Assembly: GCA_025999155.1 (NCBI GenBank)
Contig: AP026679.1
Span: 466,699-512,134, forward strand
Length of the DNA stretch: 45,436 bases
Source of the DNA: Candidatus Dojkabacteria bacterium
Lineage (GTDB): Bacteria; Patescibacteriota; Dojkabacteria; JAOAGR01
Direction: 5' to 3'
Below are positions 37,838-45,436 of this stretch, piece after piece; within the stretch, counting starts at the first letter, position 1; each line of letters begins with the position of its first letter. The translations under genes and the position numbers were made by a program. The notes beneath the pieces were generated by a model. The model was given only the letters and a program-made list of their open reading frames with translations, had not been told where the DNA came from and did not search any database.

Positions 37838-38722
37838 ATGAAAGTTGGTTTATATCAATCTAAAGGAGATGCTTCATCACTTGAAGAATTTGAAGTATAT
37901 AATGCTTTGAATCGTAGGCATGATGTAGAAGAAGTTATTTTTCTATCACCGGGAAAGTTTAAATTGATGATAGAATCGTCTCGTTTATATTTAAATTACG
38001 GGGAATTCAATATCGAACCTGGTATTTTTGATGTTCTAATTATACGTGGAGACTTTGCAAGTGTTACAAACGCTATAGTGCTTGCCGATTACTGTCGAAG
38101 TATTGGTATTAAAGTATTTGACAATAATTTAACAAGAATTAAGTATCTAATAAACAAAAAAGCAGACTATGTAAAATTAATAAATGCTGGTATTAGAGTG
38201 CCTAATACTTACTTTTTTTCTAGCTTGGATAGATTTAAAGAAGCAAATTTAAAGTTTCCTCTCGTGATGAAACCACCACATACTGGCCAAGGCTACAATG
38301 TAATGAAAGTTGAAAGTTACGATGATGTCGAAAGAATATTGCTAGAACTTGATAAGAGTATTCAAAAGTTTATGTTTCAGGAGATGATCGAATATGAGCA
38401 TGATCTACGTGTTTTAACTGCAGGCGATGAGGTTGTTGGATGCATGAAACGTATTCCTCCAGAGGGTGATTTTCGAGCGAATTTTTCGATTGGGGGTAGT
38501 GTAGAGCCTTTTCAAGTGAATGATCGTATTAAAGAGTTGGCTATCAAAGCTATGAAAGCTTGTGATCTTTTGGTTGCAGGCGTTGATATTTTAATTGATA
38601 AAAAGGGAGAGATGTGGCTATTAGAAACAAATCATACTCCAGGTATTGAAGGTATAACTCAAGCTTTAGGAAGACAAGTAGCAGATAGATTTACCGAGTT
38701 TATGATAAGGCATGCATGCTAG
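37838..38722 (+). CDS. rimK: ATP-grasp alpha-L-glutamate ligase, RimK family (paralog 2, close to canonical RimK)
   Basis: PLVMKPPHTGQGYNVMKVES and HDLRVLTAGDEVVGCMKRIPPEGDFRANFSIGGSVEPF...VAGVDILIDKKGEMWLLETNHTPGIEGI are collinear with E. coli RimK motifs. ATG at 37838. Confidence 0.8.
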   Translation: MKVGLYQSKGDASSLEEFEVYNALNRRHDVEEVIFLSPGKFKLMIESSRLYLNYGEFNIEPGIFDVLIIRGDFASVTNAIVLADYCRSIGIKVFDNNLTRIKYLINKKADYVKLINAGIRVPNTYFFSSLDRFKEANLKFPLVMKPPHTGQGYNVMKVESYDDVERILLELDKSIQKFMFQEMIEYEHDLRVLTAGDEVVGCMKRIPPEGDFRANFSIGGSVEPFQVNDRIKELAIKAMKACDLLVAGVDILIDKKGEMWLLETNHTPGIEGITQALGRQVADRFTEFMIRHAC

Positions 38723-38804
38723 ATCTGGTTTTTGTGATTCGAAATGGTCTTATTTAGGTAATATATTTAATTGTATTGTACTTTAGAATATAATTTTCTA
38801 ATAA

Positions 38805-38881
38805 GCGCCCGTAGCTCAGCTGGATAGAGCACCTGTCTTCGGAACAGGGTGTCGGGAGTTCGAATCTCTCCGGGCGTGCCA
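38805..38881 (+). tRNA. tRNA-Arg (anticodon UCG), CCA encoded
   Basis: Manual cloverleaf. Acceptor GCGCCCG/CGGGCGT, D stem GCTC/GAGC, anticodon stem CCTGT/ACAGG with loop CTTCGGA, T stem GGGAG/CTCTC with loop TTCGAAT. Confidence 0.9.
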
Positions 38882-39200
38882 TTGTATAGTTATTACTTTA
38901 TATTCTTTAAATCATATTTATCTCAAAGATTTTTTGGTTGATTCAGTATTATTCTGACTATAAATTAAATTCAGAAATAATAGAATCTTTTTGTGTTTTG
39001 ATTAGGTTTACAATCAAATGCAGAACAATTAGTACATACTGATTGCATCCTAGTTGGAGTCACAGCATCTATATGAGAATCAAGTTATTTACTATAAATT
39101 TGATTCTAAATATCTTTAAGTTATTTTAACATAAAGAATAAATCTGATTTTTTACTTAAAAATAGGAATATTATTTGTTAGTAATATTTTTTCGTTAGAT

Positions 39201-39240
39201 AAAAATAAATAAAACCAGATGCCATAAAAAAAGCATCTGG
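39201..39240 (-). terminator. Rho-independent terminator downstream of the FN3 surface-protein gene
   Basis: On the minus strand: CCAGATGC-TTTTTTTATG-GCATCTGG followed by TTTTATTTATTTTT. Stem arms at 39233-39240 and 39215-39222. Confidence 0.7.
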
Positions 39241-39279
39241 CCAGAAAGTCACAAAGTAAATGAAATAATTTAAATTAGT

Positions 39280-39915
39280 TTAGTAAGAAACCTGTCTTTT
39301 GTTACCGCACCATAAACTTCCATCATTTTCCCGACTGCAAGCTATATAAGTATATGTACGGCCTGCTTCTACGTTTGTATCCATATAAGACTTTAAGTTT
39401 CCACCTCTAGCGATCTCAAAAAAATTGGTTCCATCTATGGATTTGTATAGTACGTAATATGATAGATTATTACTTTTACAGTTAGTCCAAGACAATGATA
39501 CGGATGTAGAATTTCTTGAAGCACTTAAAGCTAATTCATCAGGATCTGTTGAATTGTAAGATAAAGGTTGTCCTGCTGGATAGATAAGAGTTGGCTTTAC
39601 AGTTGGAGTGGGAGTAGGGGTCTGCATCTGGGTCGGTACATTAGTTGGTTCTGGAGTAGTTTCTGAGGTTGGTTCTGGAGTAGCTTCTACAGTAGCTGTC
39701 GGTGTAGATTCAGTAACCGGATCTATTGCAGTTAATTGATTATCATCAGCGGCATTTTCTGATACCTGTGTTTCCTGTTTTTTATCCTCCTGGTTATTGG
39801 ATGTAACGTATGTATAACCTACATAACCTGCAGTAGCTACTGCTACACTTGATACAGCAACCACAGCACCGAAGCCGAATTTTGAACTGAGTATAGTTGT
39901 TATTATGTTTGACAT
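39280..39915 (-). CDS. Membrane-anchored surface protein with a PT-rich linker and a fibronectin type III-like domain
   Basis: N-terminal TM FGFGAVVAVSSVAVATAGYVGY. PT/PE-rich linker at about 39592-39714. FN3-like region: LSASRNSTSVSLSWTNCKSNNLSYYVLYKSIDGTNFFEI...VEAGRTYTYIA. ATG at 39915. Confidence 0.65.
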   Translation of the reverse strand: MSNIITTILSSKFGFGAVVAVSSVAVATAGYVGYTYVTSNNQEDKKQETQVSENAADDNQLTAIDPVTESTPTATVEATPEPTSETTPEPTNVPTQMQTPTPTPTVKPTLIYPAGQPLSYNSTDPDELALSASRNSTSVSLSWTNCKSNNLSYYVLYKSIDGTNFFEIARGGNLKSYMDTNVEAGRTYTYIACSRENDGSLWCGNKRQVSY

Positions 39916-39979
39916 ATTCACTGTTAACAAATCCAGCTTATTGTGTCAACGTCAACATATTATGATAAAATAATAGACT

Positions 39980-41371
39980 TTAATAATTAAAACTCATTAC
40001 GTGTTTATATAACATCATTTGTAGTCTTTTAAATGGATAGATCTTATTAATGTAAGTTTGGGGTTGGTGGTAGCCTCTTTTTTTAAAGTCATATACCTCA
40101 TTGACACTAATTTTTCCAAGAAATAAATCGGTGAATTTTTCATGATTTGTTAAATATGGCCAAATTGTCCGATTTCCTCTCAGGTAAATGCTAATTTTCG
40201 GATTAGATAAGCCTATTCTAGGAGTATGGAAATCTGCATAAAGTCTGGTTAATAGATTTTGTATTATTGTGTGTTCATTGATCGTTGTATGTGGAAAAAT
40301 CTCTTTTTTAAGTTTGATTAATTTTTTTATAAACTTATATGTCTCATAAGGGGTTTTCACTCTCGAAATTTCTAGAGCAATTACTCTAAGATAGAGATCA
40401 AACAATCTGTATATGTCATATTGGTCAGATTCGCCGAAAATATTTTGTTCTAAATATGTACATATGCCTTCTTCCGTCAATAAATAATCTTTAGTACCTA
40501 GACTAAGTAATTTTAAGCATTTACCTGTTTTGGATACTGTTTTTTCTGCACTTAGACTTCTAAGCAAGTGTCCGAGTATTTCATGTGCAATAATCTCAAT
40601 CAGTCTTTCACTTGAAATTGATAAATTTTGTGGAATATAAATCTTTTTAAGATTAGGTAACACAGCAAAAAGATAATTTTCATTGATTTCTACACTAATC
40701 CCATTTATACCTTCTGCATCTAGAAGATTTTGAATAAGTATTTGTACTTCCTCCGAAGAGAAAGTTTTTCTTGGTAAGAGATTTATCTTTTTTAGTCTTT
40801 GTTCGTGTAATTGTGTTATTTTATCGAAATCAATTTCTTTATGTGTAATATGAAACAGTGATACTAAGGTATCGATTATCTGTTTAGAATACTGAGAATT
40901 TTTTATTCGTCCCTTGTGTAATAGATAATTGATAAATGAAGCAAATTCAGCAATGAATGCTAAATTATCTTTATGAGAGTATGAATATTTTTCATCAAGA
41001 AGATCAACTAATTCATCTTTATGTAGTAATTTGGCTTTATGTATTTGTATATCAAGTTTTTCACTCTGGATACGCTCGAGGTACTTTTTGTGGATAAATT
41101 TTTGTTTTGGTTTTCTAAGGATTTTTGATTCAAGTTTTTCTAATTTTCTTTGTTTTTTTTCTAGAGCTTCTAGTAGTTCTAATTTTTCTTGCTTATTAAG
41201 GTTAAATAAGGCCGATTTTACTTCAACATGTTTGTCTTTTATAACAATCCTTGCATCTTTAGATTTAAAGATTTTTCGCTTATATTGATGTATTTTGAGA
41301 AATTTGTTGTACCAGTATTTGTCAATACAAATCTGATCGTTATTCATTGTTTGTGAGATATTTTTCGGCAT
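39980..41371 (-). CDS. DUF1704 / MATCAP-like metallo-carboxypeptidase candidate (atypical HExxxH)
   Basis: IIAHEILGHLLRS gives an H-E-x-x-x-H motif plus Arg. About 30 aa later comes LLTEEGICTYLEQ (compare the TEEGLA/QEGLA motif). Further downstream is IYLRGNRTIWPYL. The N-terminal region is K/E-rich and coiled. Overlaps the trxB stop by 32 nt, or 8 nt from the alternative ATG at 41347. Confidence 0.55.
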   Translation of the reverse strand: MPKNISQTMNNDQICIDKYWYNKFLKIHQYKRKIFKSKDARIVIKDKHVEVKSALFNLNKQEKLELLEALEKKQRKLEKLESKILRKPKQKFIHKKYLERIQSEKLDIQIHKAKLLHKDELVDLLDEKYSYSHKDNLAFIAEFASFINYLLHKGRIKNSQYSKQIIDTLVSLFHITHKEIDFDKITQLHEQRLKKINLLPRKTFSSEEVQILIQNLLDAEGINGISVEINENYLFAVLPNLKKIYIPQNLSISSERLIEIIAHEILGHLLRSLSAEKTVSKTGKCLKLLSLGTKDYLLTEEGICTYLEQNIFGESDQYDIYRLFDLYLRVIALEISRVKTPYETYKFIKKLIKLKKEIFPHTTINEHTIIQNLLTRLYADFHTPRIGLSNPKISIYLRGNRTIWPYLTNHEKFTDLFLGKISVNEVYDFKKRGYHQPQTYINKIYPFKRLQMMLYKHVMSFNY

Positions 41372-42263
41372 CTATGGCTGCTTTACATCCGGAACCAGCA
41401 GCAGTAATAGCTTGTCTATAAATGTGGTCAAAAACATCACCAGCCACGAATACACCTTCTACACTAGTCATGGTCTGATTTGGTCCATAAGTCTTTATAT
41501 ACCCCTTTTCATCTAGCTCTAATTGTCCCTCTAGAAATTTGGTATTTGGTTCATGGCCTATGGCTACAAATACCCCATCTAGGTCTAACTGAGTTTGTAA
41601 ACCATCTATTGTTGATTGTAATGTAACGGATTGGACTTTATTTTCGCCATTGATTTTGACAACTACAGTATTCCAAATAATTTCGATTTTTTTATTTGCA
41701 AATACTTTTGTCTGCATTGCGTGGCTCGCACGAAATGTATCTCTACGATGGATAATATATACCTTATTAGCAAATCTTGTCAGGAATAGAGCTTCTTCCA
41801 TAGCGGTATCACCTCCTCCTACGACAGCAACTATTTTATTTTTAAAAAATGCACCATCACATGTAGCACAGGTACTTACACCCCTGCCACGAAATTTCTC
41901 TTCATTTTCGACATTTAGCCATTTTGCAGAAGCTCCTGTTGCTATAATGATTGCCTTAGCTTTCAAGACATTATCGTCTAAATACACTATTTTCTCTCTA
42001 GGGCTAGAAAAGTCTACTTTGACTGCATCCTTATCTATAAATCTCCCTCCAAACCTCTCTGCTTGTTTACGCATTTTATTCATTAATTCGGGACCTAATA
42101 TACCATCCTCAAATCCAGGATAATTTTCAACTTCAGTTGTCATCATTAATTGACCTCCTGGTTGATAGCCCGCAATTACCAAGGGTTGTAGATTTGCACG
42201 TGCCGTATATATTGCTGCAGTAAGGCCTGCGGGACCTGAGCCAATGATAATAATGTTTTCCAT
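41340..42263 (-). CDS. trxB: Thioredoxin reductase
   Basis: FAD motif GSGPAGLTAA, redox CATCDG, NADPH motif GGGDTAMEEA. 307 aa. Confidence 0.93.
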   Translation of the reverse strand: MENIIIIGSGPAGLTAAIYTARANLQPLVIAGYQPGGQLMMTTEVENYPGFEDGILGPELMNKMRKQAERFGGRFIDKDAVKVDFSSPREKIVYLDDNVLKAKAIIIATGASAKWLNVENEEKFRGRGVSTCATCDGAFFKNKIVAVVGGGDTAMEEALFLTRFANKVYIIHRRDTFRASHAMQTKVFANKKIEIIWNTVVVKINGENKVQSVTLQSTIDGLQTQLDLDGVFVAIGHEPNTKFLEGQLELDEKGYIKTYGPNQTMTSVEGVFVAGDVFDHIYRQAITAAGSGCKAAIDAEKYLTNNE

Positions 42264-42396
42264 GATGCGTCTTTCTGTAAAAAATTATAACTCTAGTTTT
42301 ATGTATGATTATATCACTATTTGTCGTAGAAAAATGTAATACGATATTCATTTTTTATAAGTCGAGATATCTTGAAAGTATTTATTGAAAGTTTTA

Positions 42397-42425
42397 TTGA
42401 CAGAAAAGTCTATATTATGTAGTCT
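42397..42425 (+). promoter_or_regulatory. Weak candidate promoter for the fibre-like gene, possibly giving a near-leaderless transcript
   Basis: TTGACA (42397-42402), a 17-nt spacer, then TAGTCT (42420-42425). The ATG is at 42431. Motif match only. Confidence 0.3.
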
Positions 42426-42430
42426 TTTAT

Positions 42431-42646
42431 ATGCCGAATGTACCATATAACTCCACACAAGCGAGTCTGTATAACCAAGATACTTATAATGGAAGTAATT
42501 ATGAGATACCTAAATCTCGGTATCTAACAGATGAAGAAAGAAGCCTGAAGCGTTGGGTATTGCCTACCATACTTGTATTATTAATTGTCATAATCTTGTT
42601 GTTATGTAACAGTAGTGGTCTTATAGCTGAGGTATTACCATTTTAA
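42431..42646 (+). CDS. N-terminal fragment (N/Q/Y-rich cytoplasmic head plus a single TM anchor), ended by a TAA that is in frame with the next ORF
   Basis: MPNVPYNSTQASLYNQDTYNGSNYEIPK...WVLPTILVLLIVIILLLCNSSGLIAEVLPF, then TAA at 42644-42646. The downstream open frame is the same frame. Confidence 0.6.
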   Translation: MPNVPYNSTQASLYNQDTYNGSNYEIPKSRYLTDEERSLKRWVLPTILVLLIVIILLLCNSSGLIAEVLPF

Positions 42647-45436
42647 AACCGTAATGTTTCTAATGGAAGTACGAGTAAAAGCCTTACTCCTGGAATCAAT
42701 TCCGATGATATATCAAATTGGAATAAAGCATACTCATGGGGCAACCATAAAGAAGCTGGCTATCTCACAAAAGAATCTGATCCTTTGTACGCATCAAGTC
42801 CTGCAGCTAAGATCACAGAAGATGACTTGAAAAAAATACAAGATGTGTACTCCTGGGGAGATCACGCTACTGCTGGGTATCTTAAGTCATTTACGGAAAC
42901 TGATCCAAAGTATTCGTCTAGTCCAGCAAGTAGTATCACAGCAAGTGATATTGCTAAATGGAACTCAAAAGAGAATTCTATACCTACAGGAACTACCTCT
43001 CAGTACTTGAGAGGTGATAAAACCTGGCAAACTTTTCCTACATGTACTCCTTCACAAGCTTTAGCATGGAATGGGACAAATCTAGTTTGTGTAAACTTCC
43101 CCACCTATACAGAAACTGATCCAATTTTTACAGCAAGCCCGGCAAACTCTATTACAAACACTATGATATCTAACTGGAATACTGCTTTCTCCTGGGGGAA
43201 TCACACTACCGCCGGATATCTTACATCAGAATCTGATCCTGTGTTCTCTGCTAGTGTTGCTGCTTCAATTACTGCTGCTGATATAACTAACTGGAATAAT
43301 AAAGAGAATGCCATCTCTCTTGGCACTACATCACAATTCCTCCGTGGAGATAAAACTTGGCAAACCATTCCTACTTGTGCCGGTAATGATCGGCTAATCT
43401 GGAATGGTACGGGTTTCGCTTGTGTACCTACTGGAACATTGACTGCTGAGACTGACCCTGTTTTCTCTGCAAGTCCTGCAGGCACTATCACTAACGCAAT
43501 GATCTCTAACTGGAACACAGCCTACTCTTGGGGGAATCACGCTACTGCTGGATACTTAACTTCAGAGACTGATCCATCATTCTCCGCTAGTCCAGCTGGC
43601 TCTATCACAAGCACGGATATTTCTAACTGGAACACGGCCTTCTCCTGGGGTAATCATGCTGCCGCTGGATACCTTACATCAGAATCAGATCCGATATTCT
43701 CAGCAAGTCCTGCTAGCTCAATTACAAACTCTATGATCACCAACTGGAATACTGCTTACTCTTGGGGAAATCATGCTTCCGCTGGATACTTAACATCAGA
43801 AACGGATCCAGTATTCTCAGCAAGTCCTGCTAGCTCAATTACAAACTCTATGATCACCAACTGGAATACTGCTTACTCTTGGGGAAATCATGCTTCCGCT
43901 GGATATTTCAACTCTATAAACGGTATAACAGGGCCAACGTTGACATTGTCTGTAGGAAATGCAGGATCAGATTTTAATATCTCAAATTCGGGATCTAATA
44001 TCGTTCTTAATTTACCTGATGCATCAAACTCTGCGCGTGGTGTCGTGAATACTTCGGCTCAGACCTTTGCAGGGACAAAGACTTTTACTAATGCTCCAAT
44101 ATTCTCCACGATGACTCCTGGATCTATATTTTTTGCTGGCGCAGGGGGATTAGTTTCTCAAAACAATCCAAATTTATTCTGGGATAATACGAATGCTCGT
44201 CTAGGACTAGGAACAAATACTCCAACAGAAAGATTACATATCATAAACGGCAATATTAGGATGGATGGATATGGTGTATTTCCAAATATATCTACGAGGT
44301 TTTTTCCTTCTAGCAGTACAGTTCCTTACAGTTTTTATTCTTTAACTACTACAGGATGGGGTCAAGGATTTCAATTGTCAGTCAATGCAGTACCTAGTAC
44401 AGTGAATGGTCCTGGTCATGCTTATCAACACATGGTTTATATGGTGGATCCAGGCCCTTACAATACTAAAGCCGGAGCATTGTATTTTGACGGGAACGGC
44501 CCAAACTGGAGTTTTTTTACAACTCCTCCGTCGACAGGGTATGGGACGCCCGCTACAATGACGGAAAATGCTAATATCTCTCCTTATAGCATTTGGCTGA
44601 GCCCTACAGGCTCCGATAGTACTTTTCACATTAACAATTTAGGAAATGTTGGTATTGGAACAAATAGCCCCACTGCTCGCCTTACTGTTAATGGGAGTGT
44701 TAGATTAGATCTTACCGGTACTGGTACAGGTTGGGCTGTCTGTCATTCAGGATCAGCTACAGCTACAGATGACGTTAACTTAGTCGATTGTACGAGTACT
44801 CCTTCTGCCGACTACATGGAGATGTATCCCGTAGAATCAAATGCTCAAATCGGAGATATTCTTATGGCTTCTAATGATTATGTACTGACAAAAGATAGTG
44901 AAAGAATTGTAAAACTAGTCAAAAGTAACAGTACTAATAAACAAAAAATAATCGGTGTAATGTCTGATATCAATAAAGCTGGTGATTTCAATAGCATAGG
45001 TCATAATATCAATGACTCTGATAACCCTCAGCCTGTAGCCCTAGCTGGACGTGTGTATGTGAATATGGATCCTACCTCACCTGATATTGAACCTGGTGAT
45101 ATGATTACTGTCTCTAATGTACCTGGAAAAGGTACTAAATTGACTGGATCGGGATTTGTCGTTGGTAAGGCATTAGAAGCTTGGAGTAGTGCTTCAGGAC
45201 AAACTAAAGTAATGATTTACATAATGAATTTTTATTATAACCAAAACTCTATAAATGAATATTTCACACTAAGTGGCAGCACATTGACTACTGATTATTC
45301 ACTTGTTGTGAATGGTAGTATTACAGCAAATAGTTTGTCCCTAGCTTCAGGTAAATTTACCGTTGCAAGTAATGGTGATACAGTAATTGATGCTGTACTC
45401 AGGGCTAATCAGGCGGTGATAAGGAATTTAATAGTT
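42647..45436 (+). CDS. Large tail-fibre-like repeat surface protein, an in-frame continuation of 42431-42646 that is truncated by the window edge
   Basis: Manual translation shows the frame open from 42647 to 45436 (930 codons, no stop, hence absent from the ORF track). No ATG occurs before about 43162. Repeats: ETDPxFSASPAxSITNxMIxNWNTAYSWGNHAxAGYLTS. Modules: TTSQ(Y/F)LRGDKTWQT(F/I)PTC. Also NLFWDNTNARLGLGTNTPTERLHIINGNIRMDG, NLGNVGIGTNSPTARLTVNGSVRLD and PVALAGRVYVNMD...GDMITVS. Confidence 0.75.
43112..43915 (+). repeat. In-frame tandem coding repeats: 117-nt (39-aa) units with one 219-nt long module
   Basis: Short units at 43112-43228, 43448-43564, 43565-43681, 43682-43798 and 43799-43915. 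Long unit at 43229-43447. 43695-43788 is identical to 43812-43905 (94 nt, offset 117). More diverged units extend upstream to about 42700. Confidence 0.9.

Noticed and set aside
41650-42123. 157-aa + strand ORF, the longest unexplained ORF on the track
   Set aside because: It lies entirely antisense to trxB, whose FAD, CATC and NADPH motifs are intact. The product has no recognisable motifs.
42654-42830. Out-of-frame 58-codon ATG ORF just after the TAA, as a possible restart for the fibre gene
   Set aside because: It is in a different frame from the repeat protein and ends after 58 codons. Its product has no relation to the downstream repeats.
42700-43915. CRISPR array or diversity-generating retroelement (template/variable repeat pair)
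   Set aside because: The repeats are contiguous, in frame and translate to a protein repeat, with no spacer-like unique segments. There is no reverse transcriptase or cas gene in the window. Differences between units are not adenine-specific.
43201-44629. Minus-strand ORFs 43201-43518 and 44378-44629
   Set aside because: They are antisense to the continuous fibre-like reading frame. The first simply mirrors the repeat units.
42431-45436. Prophage, suggested by the tail-fibre-like motifs
   Set aside because: No capsid, portal, terminase, tape-measure, integrase or lysis genes are adjacent on the visible side, where the neighbour is trxB. The protein also has its own membrane anchor. It is more consistent with a cellular adhesin. 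The downstream side is unseen.

Overview
AT-rich, gene-dense bacterial window. The core (11.2-28.2 kb) is tuf plus the S10-spc-alpha ribosomal-protein superoperon (rpsJ through rpsI), followed by tRNA-Phe and tRNA-Val. Several traits point to a reduced-genome CPR/Patescibacteria-like bacterium: no rpmD (L30) between rpsE and rplO, no adk between secY and map, an RpoA that ends after its N-terminal domain, many ATGA-type gene overlaps, and weak or absent SD sequences. It uses the standard code, since TGA terminates tuf, rplC, rplP and infA.

Left flank: an edge-truncated beta-helix surface protein, a pyrH-like kinase, recA, the tRNA-modification genes miaA/mnmA/miaB, tyrS behind a classical T-box leader, and a sortase.

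Right flank (28.2-45.4 kb) looks accessory:
- a decaying island next to the tRNAs (DegT-type aminotransferase pseudogene with three lesions, an intact Nudix gene, and ORF-free DNA holding a relic frame);
- a dockerin-bearing S8 protease immediately followed by a membrane-anchored cohesin-like protein;
- a PLD-family plus HAD pair;
- two divergent RimK-type ATP-grasp ligases, then tRNA-Arg;
- a trxB / MATCAP(DUF1704)-like HExxxH peptidase / FN3 surface protein operon;
- a large tail-fibre-like repeat protein with an in-frame TAA after its membrane anchor, running off the window.

Three genes are absent from the ORF track and were found by manual translation: the two edge-truncated giant ORFs (1-2666 minus, 42647-45436 plus) and rpmJ.

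Best candidates for an undescribed system are (i) the cohesin-dockerin protease display pair and (ii) the ATP-grasp ligases plus MATCAP-like carboxypeptidase as a possible C-terminal tailing writer/eraser set. All family assignments rest on motif recognition by eye. No database search was run.
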